Below, piece by piece: positions 26,136-37,982 of a stretch of DNA of 64,000 nt. The DNA comes from Bacillales bacterium UBA2753 (GTDB taxonomy: Bacteria > Bacillota_I > Bacilli_A > RFN20 > CAG-826), in the NCBI GenBank assembly GCA_002353275.1, contig DEJH01000026.1:4122-68121 (forward strand), written 5' to 3'. The translations under genes and the position numbers were made by a program. Under the pieces are notes generated by a model, which saw only the letters and a list, made by a program, of their open reading frames with translations, was not told the origin of the DNA and did not search any database. Position 1 is the first letter of the stretch. Every line of letters begins with the position of its first letter.

Positions 26136-28495
26136 TATTTTAAGCTTTCTAAATAGCCTTTAATGTTCGAGGCATTTTCAAATGTTAAGACTTCGTTTCC
26201 ATTAGGCACTAATAAGGTTGGTGCTTTCTTAACATGATATTCGTTAGTTAATTCAACGTTTTCTTCAGCGTCGATCCATTTATATGGAACTCCAGCTTTT
26301 TCAAGTAACATCTTTGCCATTTTGCAGTTAGGGCAAGTCTTTGTTCCGAAGAGTAATGTTTCATTTAATTTTTTAACTGCTTCTTCACAAGCTTCTTCAC
26401 CTCTAACCCCATGAGTTAATTTGGAGTTTTTGATGTTATATGTCTTACGGTTGAGGAATTCTTCACTCTTACCATCATTCCAGTTTTGAATTGGACGGTA
26501 GTAACCAGTAATACGAGAATAGACTTCAGTTCTTGCTCCACATTTTGGACAGATGTATTGTTCGCCAGTGATATATCCATGTTCTTTACAAACAGAATAT
26601 GTTGGAGACATTGTGTAATATGGAAGGTGATAATTCTCAGCAATCTTTCTAACAAGATTCATACAAGATTTCCAGGTTGGGAGTTTTTCACCTAAGAAGG
26701 CGTGGAAAACTGTACCAGAGGTATATAAGGTTTGTAATTCATCTTGAATATCAAGAGCAGCGAAGATATCGTCTGTAAATCCAACTGGTAAGTGAGAAGA
26801 GTTAGTGTAGTAAGGGGTTCTTCCTTCTTCACTTGCAGTGATGATATCAGGATATTTTTCTTTATCGTGTTTTGCTAAACGATACGCTGTTGATTCAGCT
26901 GGGGTGGCTTCTAAGTTATATAAGTCACCATATAATTCTTGATAATCACTTAATTTGTTTCTCATATGGTTAAGAACTTCTTTAGTGAATTCTTGAGCTT
27001 CTTTATTAGTTAAATCTTTTCTAATCCAACGTGCATTTAAGCAAGCTTCATTCATACCAACAAGTCCGATAGTGGAGAAGTGGTTATTGAATGTACCTAA
27101 ATATCTCTTGGTGTATGGATATAATCCAGCATCCAAAAGTTTGGTAATTGTATTTCTTTTGACCTTTAAGCTTCTAGCGGAGATATCCATGATTTTATCA
27201 AGTCTTGCATAGAAGTCTTCTTTGTCAGTTGCTAAATAAGCGATTCTTGGCATATTGATAGTGACAACACCGACTGAACCAGTTGATTCTCCAGAACCGA
27301 AGAATCCACCAGATTTCTTTCTTAATTCTCTTAAGTCAAGTCTTAAGCGGCAGCACATGCTTCTAACATCGCTTGGCTCCATATCACTATTGATGTAGTT
27401 AGAGAAATATGGAGTACCGTATTTAGCGGTCATTTCGAATAATAATTTGTTATTTTCAGTTTCAGACCAGTCAAAAGTACGAGTAATGGAATAAGTTGGG
27501 ATTGGATATTGGAATCCTCTTCCGTTAGCGTCACCTTCAATCATTACTTCGATGAAGGCTTTGTTAACCATTGCCATTTCTTTAACACAGTCTTTATATT
27601 TGAAGTCGCATTCTTTTCCACCAACGATCGCGTTGAGTTCTGCCATATCATTTGGTACAACCCAGTCTAAAGTAATGTTAGTGAATGGTGCTTGAGTTCC
27701 CCATCTAGATGGAGTATTAACTCCATAAATGAAGGATTGAATGCATTGTTTGACTTCTTTATATGATAAGTTGTCTTTTTTAACGAAAGGCGCTAAATAT
27801 GTATCAAAAGATGAGAATGCTTGAGCACCAGCCCATTCATTTTGCATGATTCCTAAGAAGTTAACCATTTGGTTACATAATGTGGATAAGTGGTTTGCTG
27901 GAGCAGATGTAATCTTGCCAACAACGCCTCCTAAACCTTCTTGGATGAGTTGCTTTAAAGACCAACCAGCACAATAACCGGTTAGCATTGATAAGTCATG
28001 AATATGGATATCAGCGTTTTTATGAGCTGCACTGATTTCTTGATCGTAAACTTCACTTAACCAATAGTTAGCAGTAACGGCGCCACTATTAGAAAGAATA
28101 AGTCCACCAACTGAATATGTAACAGTGGAGTTTTCTTTAACTCTCCAGTCGTTGATTTTTAAATAGTTATCAACGGTTTTCTTATAGTCGAGATCAGTTG
28201 CTTTTTGTTCTCTTAAGTTCGCTCTGGCCTTTCTATAGAGCATATAGGAACGAGCAACATCGACATATCCGGCTTGGATTAATGTAACTTCAACAGAATC
28301 TTGAACATCTTCAATGTCAATTACATCGTTTCGAATTTTAGCGTTCATTGTGGCGGCGACTCTAAGAGATAACATGTTGATGATGTCATCGTTATAGAAT
28401 TTGTGCTCTGCCATGAAAGCTTTTTCAATTGCTTTGGAAACTTTAGATAATTCGAATTCTTCTAAAGATCCATCTCTCTTTCTGATGTTTAGCAT
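26135..28495 (-). CDS. nrdD: class III anaerobic ribonucleoside-triphosphate reductase with C-terminal thioredoxin/glutaredoxin-like domain
   Basis: N-terminal ATP-cone, the Zn ribbon CPKCG, and the glycyl-radical motif RITGYYRP. About 95 further residues end in LLFGTKTCPNCKMAK...APTLLVP (CxxC plus cis-Pro-like motif). 786 aa. Confidence 0.85.
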   Translation of the reverse strand: MLNIRKRDGSLEEFELSKVSKAIEKAFMAEHKFYNDDIINMLSLRVAATMNAKIRNDVIDIEDVQDSVEVTLIQAGYVDVARSYMLYRKARANLREQKATDLDYKKTVDNYLKINDWRVKENSTVTYSVGGLILSNSGAVTANYWLSEVYDQEISAAHKNADIHIHDLSMLTGYCAGWSLKQLIQEGLGGVVGKITSAPANHLSTLCNQMVNFLGIMQNEWAGAQAFSSFDTYLAPFVKKDNLSYKEVKQCIQSFIYGVNTPSRWGTQAPFTNITLDWVVPNDMAELNAIVGGKECDFKYKDCVKEMAMVNKAFIEVMIEGDANGRGFQYPIPTYSITRTFDWSETENNKLLFEMTAKYGTPYFSNYINSDMEPSDVRSMCCRLRLDLRELRKKSGGFFGSGESTGSVGVVTINMPRIAYLATDKEDFYARLDKIMDISARSLKVKRNTITKLLDAGLYPYTKRYLGTFNNHFSTIGLVGMNEACLNARWIRKDLTNKEAQEFTKEVLNHMRNKLSDYQELYGDLYNLEATPAESTAYRLAKHDKEKYPDIITASEEGRTPYYTNSSHLPVGFTDDIFAALDIQDELQTLYTSGTVFHAFLGEKLPTWKSCMNLVRKIAENYHLPYYTMSPTYSVCKEHGYITGEQYICPKCGARTEVYSRITGYYRPIQNWNDGKSEEFLNRKTYNIKNSKLTHGVRGEEACEEAVKKLNETLLFGTKTCPNCKMAKMLLEKAGVPYKWIDAEENVELTNEYHVKKAPTLLVPNGNEVLTFENASNIKGYLESLK

Positions 28496-28728
28496 AAATA
28501 ATCCCCCTTATTTGATCTTATGCCTTGTAAATTAAATTATTCTATGACGTTCTTCACAATAGTGAGTGAATAGATAATATTAAAAGAAGATATATATCGC
28601 AATAGAAAAATATTAATATTTTCGAAAAGTTAGACACTGTCCCAAAATGTTAAATTTGTGCTTTTATTTATAATTGACTTGTGCTCGTGGGTTAAAAATA
28701 TTTATTATTGTTAATTAATTTTTCAGTT

Positions 28729-29928
28729 TTACTGAAACTTTTGCTTAACTAAATCGATAACTACTTCAATCATCTTATTGAATTCAGAAACATCTAAAAA
28801 TTCAAATCTTCCGTGATGATTGTAACTTCCTGTGCCTAAATTTGGGGTGATGAGACCGTTTTTGGAGAATGTCGCTCCATCGGTGCCACCTCTAATTGCT
28901 CCTTGTTTCAATTCGATGCCATGCGCTTTAAAAACCTCAATCGCTCTATTTACTGGTGTAGGGTTTTTATCGACATATTTTTTCATATTTTCATATTGAT
29001 TTTTGATTTTTAAAGTCACTTCACCTGTCGGATATTTTTTCTTAATTTCTTCAACAGCGTTTTTAACGATTTCCACTCTATCGAGAATTCCTTGATCATC
29101 AAAATCTCTGATAATCATATTGAGCTCGCAGACTTCATTATTTCCTTCGATGGAATTAAGGTGATAAAAGCCTTCTTTTTTCTCTGATTCAAATGGTGTT
29201 TGTTTTGGTAATAGAGCAACAAAATCACTCGTCATATTTAAGGCGTTTACTAATTTGTCTTTTCCTTCTCCAGGATGGATTGAAACTCCTTTGAAGGTGA
29301 TGTTTGCGCCATAGGCGTTGAAGTTTTCTGCTTCAATCATATCGATATAACTTCCATCGATTGTATAGGCATATTCAGCGTTCATTTTTTGATAATTAAA
29401 ATGTAATGGTCCTTCACCGATTTCTTCATCAACTGTAAAACAGACACAGATTGTGGCGTGACTTTCTTCTGGGTGATCAAAATAATGTTGAAGCACACCC
29501 ATGATAATGGCGATTCCGGCTTTATCATCCGCTCCTAAAAGAGTGTTCCCATCAGTAATCACTAAATCGTTCCCAATATGATTAACCAAGATTGGAAAAT
29601 CAATTGGATCCATCTCTAATCCATTGAGATATTTGATTACTTCACCTTGATAGTTTTTGATGATTTGAGGATTAACGTTTTCATCACTGACTTCTAAGGC
29701 TGTATCCATATGAGCATTTAGCCCAATTCTTCTTTCATCTCCTAAAAGATGTCCATATACATTTCCAAATTCATCCATATGAGCGTCTTTTAATCCAAGT
29801 TCTTTTAATTCTTTAATTAAAAGTCTTCCAAGATTTTTTTGTTTTTCTGTACTTGGGGTTGTTCCAGTTGTGTCATCCGATTGAGTGTCAATTTTCACGT
29901 AGTTAATAAATCTTAATAAATTGTCCAT
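28729..29928 (-). CDS. pepT: peptidase T (M20B tripeptidase)
   Basis: MDNLLRFINYVKIDTQSDD N-terminus and M20 motifs. Start moved to ATG 29928 (AGGTGA SD 6 nt upstream). Confidence 0.8.
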   Translation of the reverse strand: MDNLLRFINYVKIDTQSDDTTGTTPSTEKQKNLGRLLIKELKELGLKDAHMDEFGNVYGHLLGDERRIGLNAHMDTALEVSDENVNPQIIKNYQGEVIKYLNGLEMDPIDFPILVNHIGNDLVITDGNTLLGADDKAGIAIIMGVLQHYFDHPEESHATICVCFTVDEEIGEGPLHFNYQKMNAEYAYTIDGSYIDMIEAENFNAYGANITFKGVSIHPGEGKDKLVNALNMTSDFVALLPKQTPFESEKKEGFYHLNSIEGNNEVCELNMIIRDFDDQGILDRVEIVKNAVEEIKKKYPTGEVTLKIKNQYENMKKYVDKNPTPVNRAIEVFKAHGIELKQGAIRGGTDGATFSKNGLITPNLGTGSYNHHGRFEFLDVSEFNKMIEVVIDLVKQKFQ

Positions 29929-29999
29929 TTTGTTCACCTATTTTTTTCGTTAGCAAGTATATCATAACAATTTGTTTTTCTATACTTATATTTATAAAG

Positions 30000-30005
30000 T
30001 ATAAT
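30000..30005 (+). promoter_or_regulatory. -10 box (TATAAT) placed 7 nt before the ATG at 30013
   Basis: TATAAT at 30000-30005. There is an in-frame TAA at 29995-29997 and no SD. Confidence 0.3.
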
Positions 30006-30012
30006 AAGCGAG

Positions 30013-30594
30013 ATGGATATTATTAGAATCAAACATAAAGATTTTGCAAAAGAGAAAGGAATTAACAATCATAGTTTTATTTGTTCTTTTAAAGAAAAAC
30101 ATTATTTCGTTAGAAAATTTGATTATAAAAAAGACGAAGGAAAAGAACTTTTATATTGTTTAAAGCAACTTAAACTTTCTGGAGTTAAATCTCCTAAACT
30201 ATTTTGGATTGATAAAAAAGCTGGTTATATCGTAACTGAATTTATTGATGGAGAACTCGCTAGTAATTATTTCTCTAAACAAGATTTTGAGGAATGGGCA
30301 TATGAGAAATTATTTATCTCCGCTAGCAATGCTAAGATGAACAAAATGACTTTAGATTATTCTCCTGATAAGTGGATGATTAAAGACGGTGAATTATATT
30401 ACATTTACCCTATTTATATTAAGTATCAGAAGGAAAAAGATTTAGTCGAAAAATATATCCGTTTATGGTTTAATACGAAAGAAACCGTTTCATTCATGAA
30501 GGAAAATGGATTATCCTTTGATAGCGGTCGAATTAAAAATGAGTACGAAGTTAACAAACAAATCGTACTCATGACTTGCAAGTACTATAGGTAA
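30013..30594 (+). CDS. 193-aa hypothetical cytosolic protein (possibly a degenerate small kinase-like fold)
   Basis: The ORF sits directly upstream of prs. Only a weak resemblance to kinase-like folds (YIVTEFIDGE, LDYSPDKWMIKDGELYYI) is seen, and no confident family. Confidence 0.4.
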   Translation: MDIIRIKHKDFAKEKGINNHSFICSFKEKHYFVRKFDYKKDEGKELLYCLKQLKLSGVKSPKLFWIDKKAGYIVTEFIDGELASNYFSKQDFEEWAYEKLFISASNAKMNKMTLDYSPDKWMIKDGELYYIYPIYIKYQKEKDLVEKYIRLWFNTKETVSFMKENGLSFDSGRIKNEYEVNKQIVLMTCKYYR

Positions 30595-30597
30595 ATT

Positions 30598-32621
<2,024 letters not shown>

Positions 32622-32624
32622 CTA

Positions 32625-33656
32625 ATGGATATTAATCTTTTTGATTTTGTTCTCCCAGAAGAATTAATCGCTCAAAGGCCAAGTGATAAAAGAGACCATT
32701 CTCGTTTACTCGTGGTTGATAAAGATAACAAGACTTATGAAGATAAGATGTTTTTTAATATCATCGATTATTTACGTCCTGGTGATGTGCTAGTGAGAAA
32801 CAATACAAAAGTTATTCCTGCTCGATTAATTGGAATAAAAGAAGTCACTGGAGCGCATTGTGAAACTTTGCTATTAAAACAAATTGAAGGTGACACTTGG
32901 GAGTGTTTAACTAGACCGGCAAAATCATTAAAAGTTGGAGCAAGAATTTCTTATGGAGATGGAAAATTAATCGGAGAAGTTGTTAAAGAAAAAGAAGAAG
33001 GGCTTCGAGATATTAAATTTTTCTATAAAGGAATTTTCTTAGAAGTTTTAGATTCGTTAGGCAAGATGCCTCTTCCTCCATATATTAAAGAACAATTATG
33101 TGGGAATGATCGCTATCAAACTGTGTACGCTAAATATACGGGTAGTGCTGCTGCTCCTACTGCAGGATTTCATTTTACTGAAGAGCTATTTGAGAAGATC
33201 AAAGCTAAAGGAATTGAAGTGGTGGACATTACACTACATATTGGTTTAGGAACATTTAGACCTGTTAAAGTTTCAGATACTGATAATCACGTTATGCATT
33301 CTGAAGAATATGAAATTACTAAAGAAGCATGTGATGCTTTAAATAAAGCCAAAAAAGAAAATCGTAGAATTATTGCTATTGGTACTACTTCAGTTAGAAC
33401 CCTTGAAGCTAATATACAAGAATTCGGTGTCTTCACCCCAATTAAAAAAGAAACTAATATCTTTATTAAACCTGGATATACTTTTAAAGCAGTTGATGCC
33501 CTTATTACTAATTTCCATCTCCCTAAGAGCACTTTAATTATGCTTGTCAGTGCTTTTGCGGGCAGAGAATTCACCTTAGAATTTTATAAGCACGCAGTAG
33601 ATGAAAAATATCATTTCTTCTCTTTTGGAGATTCAATGTTCATCCATGGAAAATAA
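32625..33656 (+). CDS. queA: S-adenosylmethionine:tRNA ribosyltransferase-isomerase
   Basis: [15 protein letters not shown]-terminus and PLPPYI. 343 aa. Confidence 0.9.
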   Translation: MDINLFDFVLPEELIAQRPSDKRDHSRLLVVDKDNKTYEDKMFFNIIDYLRPGDVLVRNNTKVIPARLIGIKEVTGAHCETLLLKQIEGDTWECLTRPAKSLKVGARISYGDGKLIGEVVKEKEEGLRDIKFFYKGIFLEVLDSLGKMPLPPYIKEQLCGNDRYQTVYAKYTGSAAAPTAGFHFTEELFEKIKAKGIEVVDITLHIGLGTFRPVKVSDTDNHVMHSEEYEITKEACDALNKAKKENRRIIAIGTTSVRTLEANIQEFGVFTPIKKETNIFIKPGYTFKAVDALITNFHLPKSTLIMLVSAFAGREFTLEFYKHAVDEKYHFFSFGDSMFIHGK

Positions 33657-34275
33657 TAAAAATTACCAGAAATATTTATATAAAGAATTAGAAGAGATAG
33701 CAAAAAGTGGTAAGAAACCCACTCTTTTACTCCACGCTTGTTGTGGTCCTTGTTTCACTATCCCTTATGAAGAACTAAAGAATTATTTTAAAATCACAAT
33801 CCTATATAACAACTCTAACATTTATCCAAAAGAAGAACATGATCGACGCTTAGAAGAACTTAAAAAATATCTTCTAGATTTAAAAGCGGATATTCAAGTC
33901 ATTGAGACTAAATATGATAATGAAACCTATAACAAAGATCTAGAACCTAGAGCTAGTGACAAAGAAGGTCATGAAAGATGTCGAATCTGCTTTAATAAGC
34001 GATTAAAAGAAGGATTTGAATACGCAAGTAAAAATCATTTTGATTATTACGGAACAGTGATGACAATCTCGAGATATAAGAACGCTCAAGATATTAATAA
34101 AATCGGAGAAAAACTTCAAAAAGATTATCCTACTGTTAAGTGGTTATACGCTGATTTTAAGAAAAATAATGGCTATGAGAAATCTCTCATAATCATCAAA
34201 GAACACGAGATGTATTTGCAAGAATATTGTGGCTGTATTTATAGCTATAGAGCCTATCAAAACAAGCAAAGATAG
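33646..34275 (+). CDS. queH: epoxyqueuosine reductase QueH (DUF208)
   Basis: [10 protein letters not shown] and RCRICF/CGC cysteine motifs. Start moved to MENNKNYQ (ATG 33646), overlapping the queA end. Confidence 0.8.
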   Translation: MENNKNYQKYLYKELEEIAKSGKKPTLLLHACCGPCFTIPYEELKNYFKITILYNNSNIYPKEEHDRRLEELKKYLLDLKADIQVIETKYDNETYNKDLEPRASDKEGHERCRICFNKRLKEGFEYASKNHFDYYGTVMTISRYKNAQDINKIGEKLQKDYPTVKWLYADFKKNNGYEKSLIIIKEHEMYLQEYCGCIYSYRAYQNKQR

Positions 34276-34296
34276 TAATAAAATTTGAAGAGAATG

Positions 34297-34320
34297 GAGG
34301 TAAAAAACACCTCTTTTTTT
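34297..34320 (+). terminator. intrinsic terminator after queH
   Basis: GAGGT-loop-ACCTC hairpin followed by TTTTTTT. Confidence 0.65.
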
Positions 34321-34438
34321 GACCTCATTTTTGTGAAAAATTGGCTATTATTTTCACTATTTCTTCTATTTTCTGATCAAATTTTTAATATTTTTTGCAC
34401 GTGTTTTTCTTTCTTATAAAAAATATTTTAATTATTTA

Positions 34439-34468
34439 TTGACACATATACACGTATAGAGGTAGGAT
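34439..34468 (+). promoter_or_regulatory. candidate promoter of the S10 operon
   Basis: TTGACA (34439-34444), N18, then TAGGAT (34463-34468), in an AT-rich spacer. Confidence 0.35.
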
Positions 34469-34475
34469 TTGAACG

Positions 34476-34600
34476 TTGACTGCTCGCGATGATGTGCGAG
34501 GTTGCGGACACACCCACAGGCGTTGTCATGAAGGTATGTTCGGTAATTCGCATTGAGAGAGATGAAGTCAAAGCCTGAAAGTGATATAGGAGGAAATTTC
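34476..34600 (+). promoter_or_regulatory. G+C-enriched, potentially structured 5' leader of rpsJ
   Basis: The composition is clearly richer in G+C than the flanking spacer. A CTCGC/GCGAG hairpin lies at 34483-34500, an alternative pairing joins TGCGA 34495-34499 with TCGCA 34548-34552, and a long-range pairing joins TTGACT 34476-34481 with AGTCAA 34565-34570. Confidence 0.3.
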
Positions 34601-34912
34601 ATGGCAAAAACTACTAAGATTAGAGTTCGCCTCAAAGCTTATGATCACGTCAACCTTGATCAAAGCGCTGAGAGAATCGTTCAAGTAGCGAAGAACTCTG
34701 GGGCTACTGTTGTGGGCCCAATCCCATTACCAACAGAAAAACAAGTATTCACGATTTTAAGAGCGGTTCACAAGTACAAAGATTCTCGTGAACAATTCGA
34801 AATCAGAACACACAAACGTATTATCGATATTACCAATCCAAAGAAGGAAACACTCGATGCTCTCAAGAACCTCGATCTTCCATCAGGAGTTGATATCGAA
34901 ATCAAACTTTAA
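34601..34912 (+). CDS. rpsJ: 30S ribosomal protein S10
   Basis: [16 protein letters not shown]... with a GGAGG SD. First gene of the canonical S10 cluster. Confidence 0.95.
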   Translation: MAKTTKIRVRLKAYDHVNLDQSAERIVQVAKNSGATVVGPIPLPTEKQVFTILRAVHKYKDSREQFEIRTHKRIIDITNPKKETLDALKNLDLPSGVDIEIKL

Positions 34913-34926
34913 GGAGGTAAGACACA

Positions 34927-35670
34927 ATGAAAGCAATTTTAGGTCGTAAAATGGGCATGACTTCTGTCTTCGCTGAAGATGGTACCTTATACCCAGTCAC
35001 AGTTGTCGAAGTCTTACCAAACGTTGTTACCCAAGTCAAAACCGTTGAAAAAGATGGTTATGTCGCAGTCCAAGTTGGTTACGAAGAAAAGAAAGAAAGT
35101 CGTGCTAACAAGTCTGAAAAAGGAATCGCTAAGAAAGCAAACACCGTTCCACATTATGTTTCTAAAGAGTTACGTGGTGATGAAATGGGCGCTTACCAAT
35201 TAGGTGATACCATCAAAGCTGACTTATTCAAAGACGGTGACTTAGTTGACGTCATCGGTACAAGCAAAGGCCATGGTTACACTGGTACTATTAAAAGATG
35301 GCATATGACCATCGGACCAAAGGGCCATGGATCAGGTTACCACAGAGGACAAGGTTCCTTCGCTAACAATGGTCGTTATAACCACGGTGTTATGCCAGGA
35401 AAACACATGTCCGGACATCACGGTAACAAATCTGCAACTTTATTAAACTTATTAGTTGTTAAGGTCGATGCAGAAAAAGGCTACATCTTAATTAAAGGTG
35501 GATTACCAGGCTCCAAGAAGAGCATTGTTACAATCCGTTCCGCAATTAAGACAGTCAAAAATAAAGAAAGTGTTAAATCTTTAATTAATAGAGCACCTGC
35601 AAAAGTTAGCGCTCCAGTAGTTGAAGAGGCACCAGTTGAAGCTCCTGCTGAAGAAGCTAAAGCTGAATAA
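34927..35670 (+). CDS. rplC: 50S ribosomal protein L3 (with acidic A/P/E-rich C-terminal tail)
   Basis: MKAILGRKMGMT start in conserved order. At 247 aa it is longer than the roughly 209 aa usual. Confidence 0.95.
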   Translation: MKAILGRKMGMTSVFAEDGTLYPVTVVEVLPNVVTQVKTVEKDGYVAVQVGYEEKKESRANKSEKGIAKKANTVPHYVSKELRGDEMGAYQLGDTIKADLFKDGDLVDVIGTSKGHGYTGTIKRWHMTIGPKGHGSGYHRGQGSFANNGRYNHGVMPGKHMSGHHGNKSATLLNLLVVKVDAEKGYILIKGGLPGSKKSIVTIRSAIKTVKNKESVKSLINRAPAKVSAPVVEEAPVEAPAEEAKAE

Positions 35671-35693
35671 TGGACGAAAGGAGATAGTTAATC

Positions 35694-36332
35694 ATGGCAG
35701 AAAAGAAATCCGTCAGCGTTAAAGTTGTTAACAAAGCTGGCGAAGAAGTCAAAAAAATTAATCTTGCCGGTTCTGTCTTCGCCGTTGAACCTCACAAACA
35801 AGCGATGTTCAATGCTGTCCAAGTAGAACAAGCAAATTCACGTCAAGCTACAGCCAAAACTAAAGTAAGACATGAAGTTTCCGGTGGTGGTAAAAAACCA
35901 TGGAGACAAAAAGGCACAGGTAGAGCCCGTGCAGGTAGCTCTAGAAGCCCAATCTGGGTTGGTGGTGGAACAGTCTTTGGTCCAGTTGGTAATCAAAACT
36001 TCACCATTTCCCAAAATAAGAAAGAACATCAATTAGCCTTAAGAAGTGCATTATCTCTTAAGACCCCTAATGACTTAGTGGTCGTTGATGAAATCAAGTT
36101 TGCTGATAAGAAAACTAAAGAATTCGTCAAGATGTTAGCTGCTATTAAGTGCGAAGTTAAAACTCTCGTTGTCGTGAGTGAAATTGATGAAAACTTATTC
36201 GCAAGCGTCCGTAACGTCGCTTACGCAAAAGTGGTTACCACTGATAACGTTTCCGTTTATGATTTAATGAACGCTGAAAAATTAGTTATGAGTGAAGCCG
36301 CAGTTAAAGAAGTTGAGGAGGCATTAAAGTAA
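35694..36332 (+). CDS. rplD: 50S ribosomal protein L4
   Basis: GGGKKPWRQKGTGRAR motif. Confidence 0.95.
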   Translation: MAEKKSVSVKVVNKAGEEVKKINLAGSVFAVEPHKQAMFNAVQVEQANSRQATAKTKVRHEVSGGGKKPWRQKGTGRARAGSSRSPIWVGGGTVFGPVGNQNFTISQNKKEHQLALRSALSLKTPNDLVVVDEIKFADKKTKEFVKMLAAIKCEVKTLVVVSEIDENLFASVRNVAYAKVVTTDNVSVYDLMNAEKLVMSEAAVKEVEEALK

Positions 36333-36333
36333 T

Positions 36334-36675
36334 ATGGCAGCCAAAAAGAAAGTTGAAGCACCAAAGAACAGCTTCCCAAAAGCCACTGAAAAAGACTTCT
36401 CAGTTATCGTTAAGCCAGTCATCACTGAAAAGAGCATGGCTAAGATGCAAAACGAAAACAAAGTCACAGTGAGAGTTAGCCCAACAAGTAACAAAACTGA
36501 AGTCAAACTCGCATTTGAAAGAATCTTCCAAGTCAAAGTTGTTGATGTCAGAATCGTGAACGTTCACGCTAAAGAAACAACCAGAGGTACTCGTTATAAA
36601 GGAAGTATCCAAGGTTATAAGAAAGCGATTGTCACTGTCGCAAGCGGTGAAGCAATCGACTTATTCAAAGAATAA
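36334..36675 (+). CDS. rplW: 50S ribosomal protein L23 (N-terminal K-rich extension)
   Basis: VIVKPVITEKS core preceded by MAAKKKVEAPKNSFPKATEKD. Confidence 0.95.
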   Translation: MAAKKKVEAPKNSFPKATEKDFSVIVKPVITEKSMAKMQNENKVTVRVSPTSNKTEVKLAFERIFQVKVVDVRIVNVHAKETTRGTRYKGSIQGYKKAIVTVASGEAIDLFKE

Positions 36676-36712
36676 TTTAGTTCGTTATTCTTAACTATAG
36701 GAGGAAAAAGTA

Positions 36713-37546
36713 ATGTCAATTAGAACTTACAAGCCTACTTCTGCAAGTAGACGAAACATGACAAACTCGACATTCGAAGAAATTACAACTAGCACTCCTG
36801 AAAAAAGTTTATTAGTCACATTATCCAAGTCCGGTGGAAGAAATAACCAAGGCGTTATTACCTGCCGTCACATTGGAGGAGGTCACAAAAAGAAATACCG
36901 TTTAGTTGACTTCAAACGTAATAAGGACAATATCCCTGCTGTTGTAAAGACTGTTGAGTATGATCCAAACCGTAACGCTAACATCTGCTTAGTCGCTTAC
37001 GCTGATGGTGAAAAGAGATACATTCTCGCACCAAAAGATCTCAAAGTCGGGGATAAAATCATATCTGGCGAAACCTGCGATATTAAAGTAGGTAACGCGA
37101 TGTGCCTCAAGAGCATTCCTGAAGGTACATTCATCCACAACGTGGAATTAGTTCCAGGTAAAGGTGGACAAATGTGTAGAGCAGCTGGTGCTGCTGCACA
37201 AGTGCTTGGTAGCGAAGGTAAATACGTTATGCTTCGTTTAGCAAGTGGAGAAATGAGAAAAGTTCTCGGAGAATGCCGCGCCACAATTGGTACAGTCGGT
37301 AATGAAGATTGGAACTTAATCAATTTCGGTAAAGCTGGTAAAAACCGTTGGTACGGTGTTAGACCTACAGTTCGTGGTAGTGTTATGAACCCTAACGATC
37401 ACCCACATGGTGGTGGTGAAGGTAAGTGTCCTGTTGGACGTGACGCACCAAGAACCCCATGGGGCAAACGTGCTATGGGCGTTAAGACCAGAAATAACAA
37501 GAAGAAGTCTACAAAACTTATTATTCGTAGACGTAATGGCAAATAG
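36713..37546 (+). CDS. rplB: 50S ribosomal protein L2
   Basis: GGGHKKKYR and HPHGGGEG motifs. Confidence 0.95.
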   Translation: MSIRTYKPTSASRRNMTNSTFEEITTSTPEKSLLVTLSKSGGRNNQGVITCRHIGGGHKKKYRLVDFKRNKDNIPAVVKTVEYDPNRNANICLVAYADGEKRYILAPKDLKVGDKIISGETCDIKVGNAMCLKSIPEGTFIHNVELVPGKGGQMCRAAGAAAQVLGSEGKYVMLRLASGEMRKVLGECRATIGTVGNEDWNLINFGKAGKNRWYGVRPTVRGSVMNPNDHPHGGGEGKCPVGRDAPRTPWGKRAMGVKTRNNKKKSTKLIIRRRNGK

Positions 37547-37558
37547 GAGGAAAGAGCA

Positions 37559-37852
37559 ATGGCAAGAAGTTTGAAAAAAGGCGCATTCGTTGATGGCCAC
37601 TTAATGAAAAAAGTCGAAGCTTTAAATGCATCTGGCAAAAAAGAAGTCATTAAGACTTGGTCCCGCCGTTCAACCATTTATCCATCTTTCGTCGGTCACA
37701 CATTTGCTGTTTATAACGGAAGAGAACATATCTCTGTTTATGTTACAGATGATATGGTCGGACATAAGCTCGGTGAATTCTCTCCAACCAGAAAATACAC
37801 CGGACACACTGGCCACACTGCTGAAGATAAAGCAGCCGCGGCTGGTAAATAA
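37559..37852 (+). CDS. rpsS: 30S ribosomal protein S19
   Basis: [12 protein letters not shown] and GHKLGEF. Confidence 0.95.
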   Translation: MARSLKKGAFVDGHLMKKVEALNASGKKEVIKTWSRRSTIYPSFVGHTFAVYNGREHISVYVTDDMVGHKLGEFSPTRKYTGHTGHTAEDKAAAAGK

Positions 37853-37868
37853 TTAGGAGGTAAAGATA

Positions 37869-37982
37869 ATGGCAGAAGCAAAGAAAACAACTGCTAAGAA
37901 ATCAGCACCTAAAAAAGTTGCTGAAGAAAAAGCTGTTGAAGTAAAAGAAGAAGTCAAAGTCGAAGAAGCTCCTAAGAAAGCG
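37869..37982 (+). repeat. copy 1 of the shared N-terminal extension module (rplV)
   Basis: The 114 nt from the ATG are near-identical to 40786-40896 (one codon indel, a few substitutions). Protein: [11 protein letters not shown]...[18 protein letters not shown]. Confidence 0.85.

Noticed and set aside
28496-28728. Possible NrdR boxes or a riboswitch in the 233-nt region upstream of nrdD (palindromes GATATATATC at about 28589-28598 and TCACAATAGTGA at about 28554-28565).
   Set aside because: The palindromes do not fit the 16-bp NrdR box geometry I recall (CAC-N8-GTG core). A plain TTGCGA-N17-TATTAT promoter on the minus strand explains the AT-rich palindrome, and I saw no conserved riboswitch-like core. 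It is left as unassigned leader.
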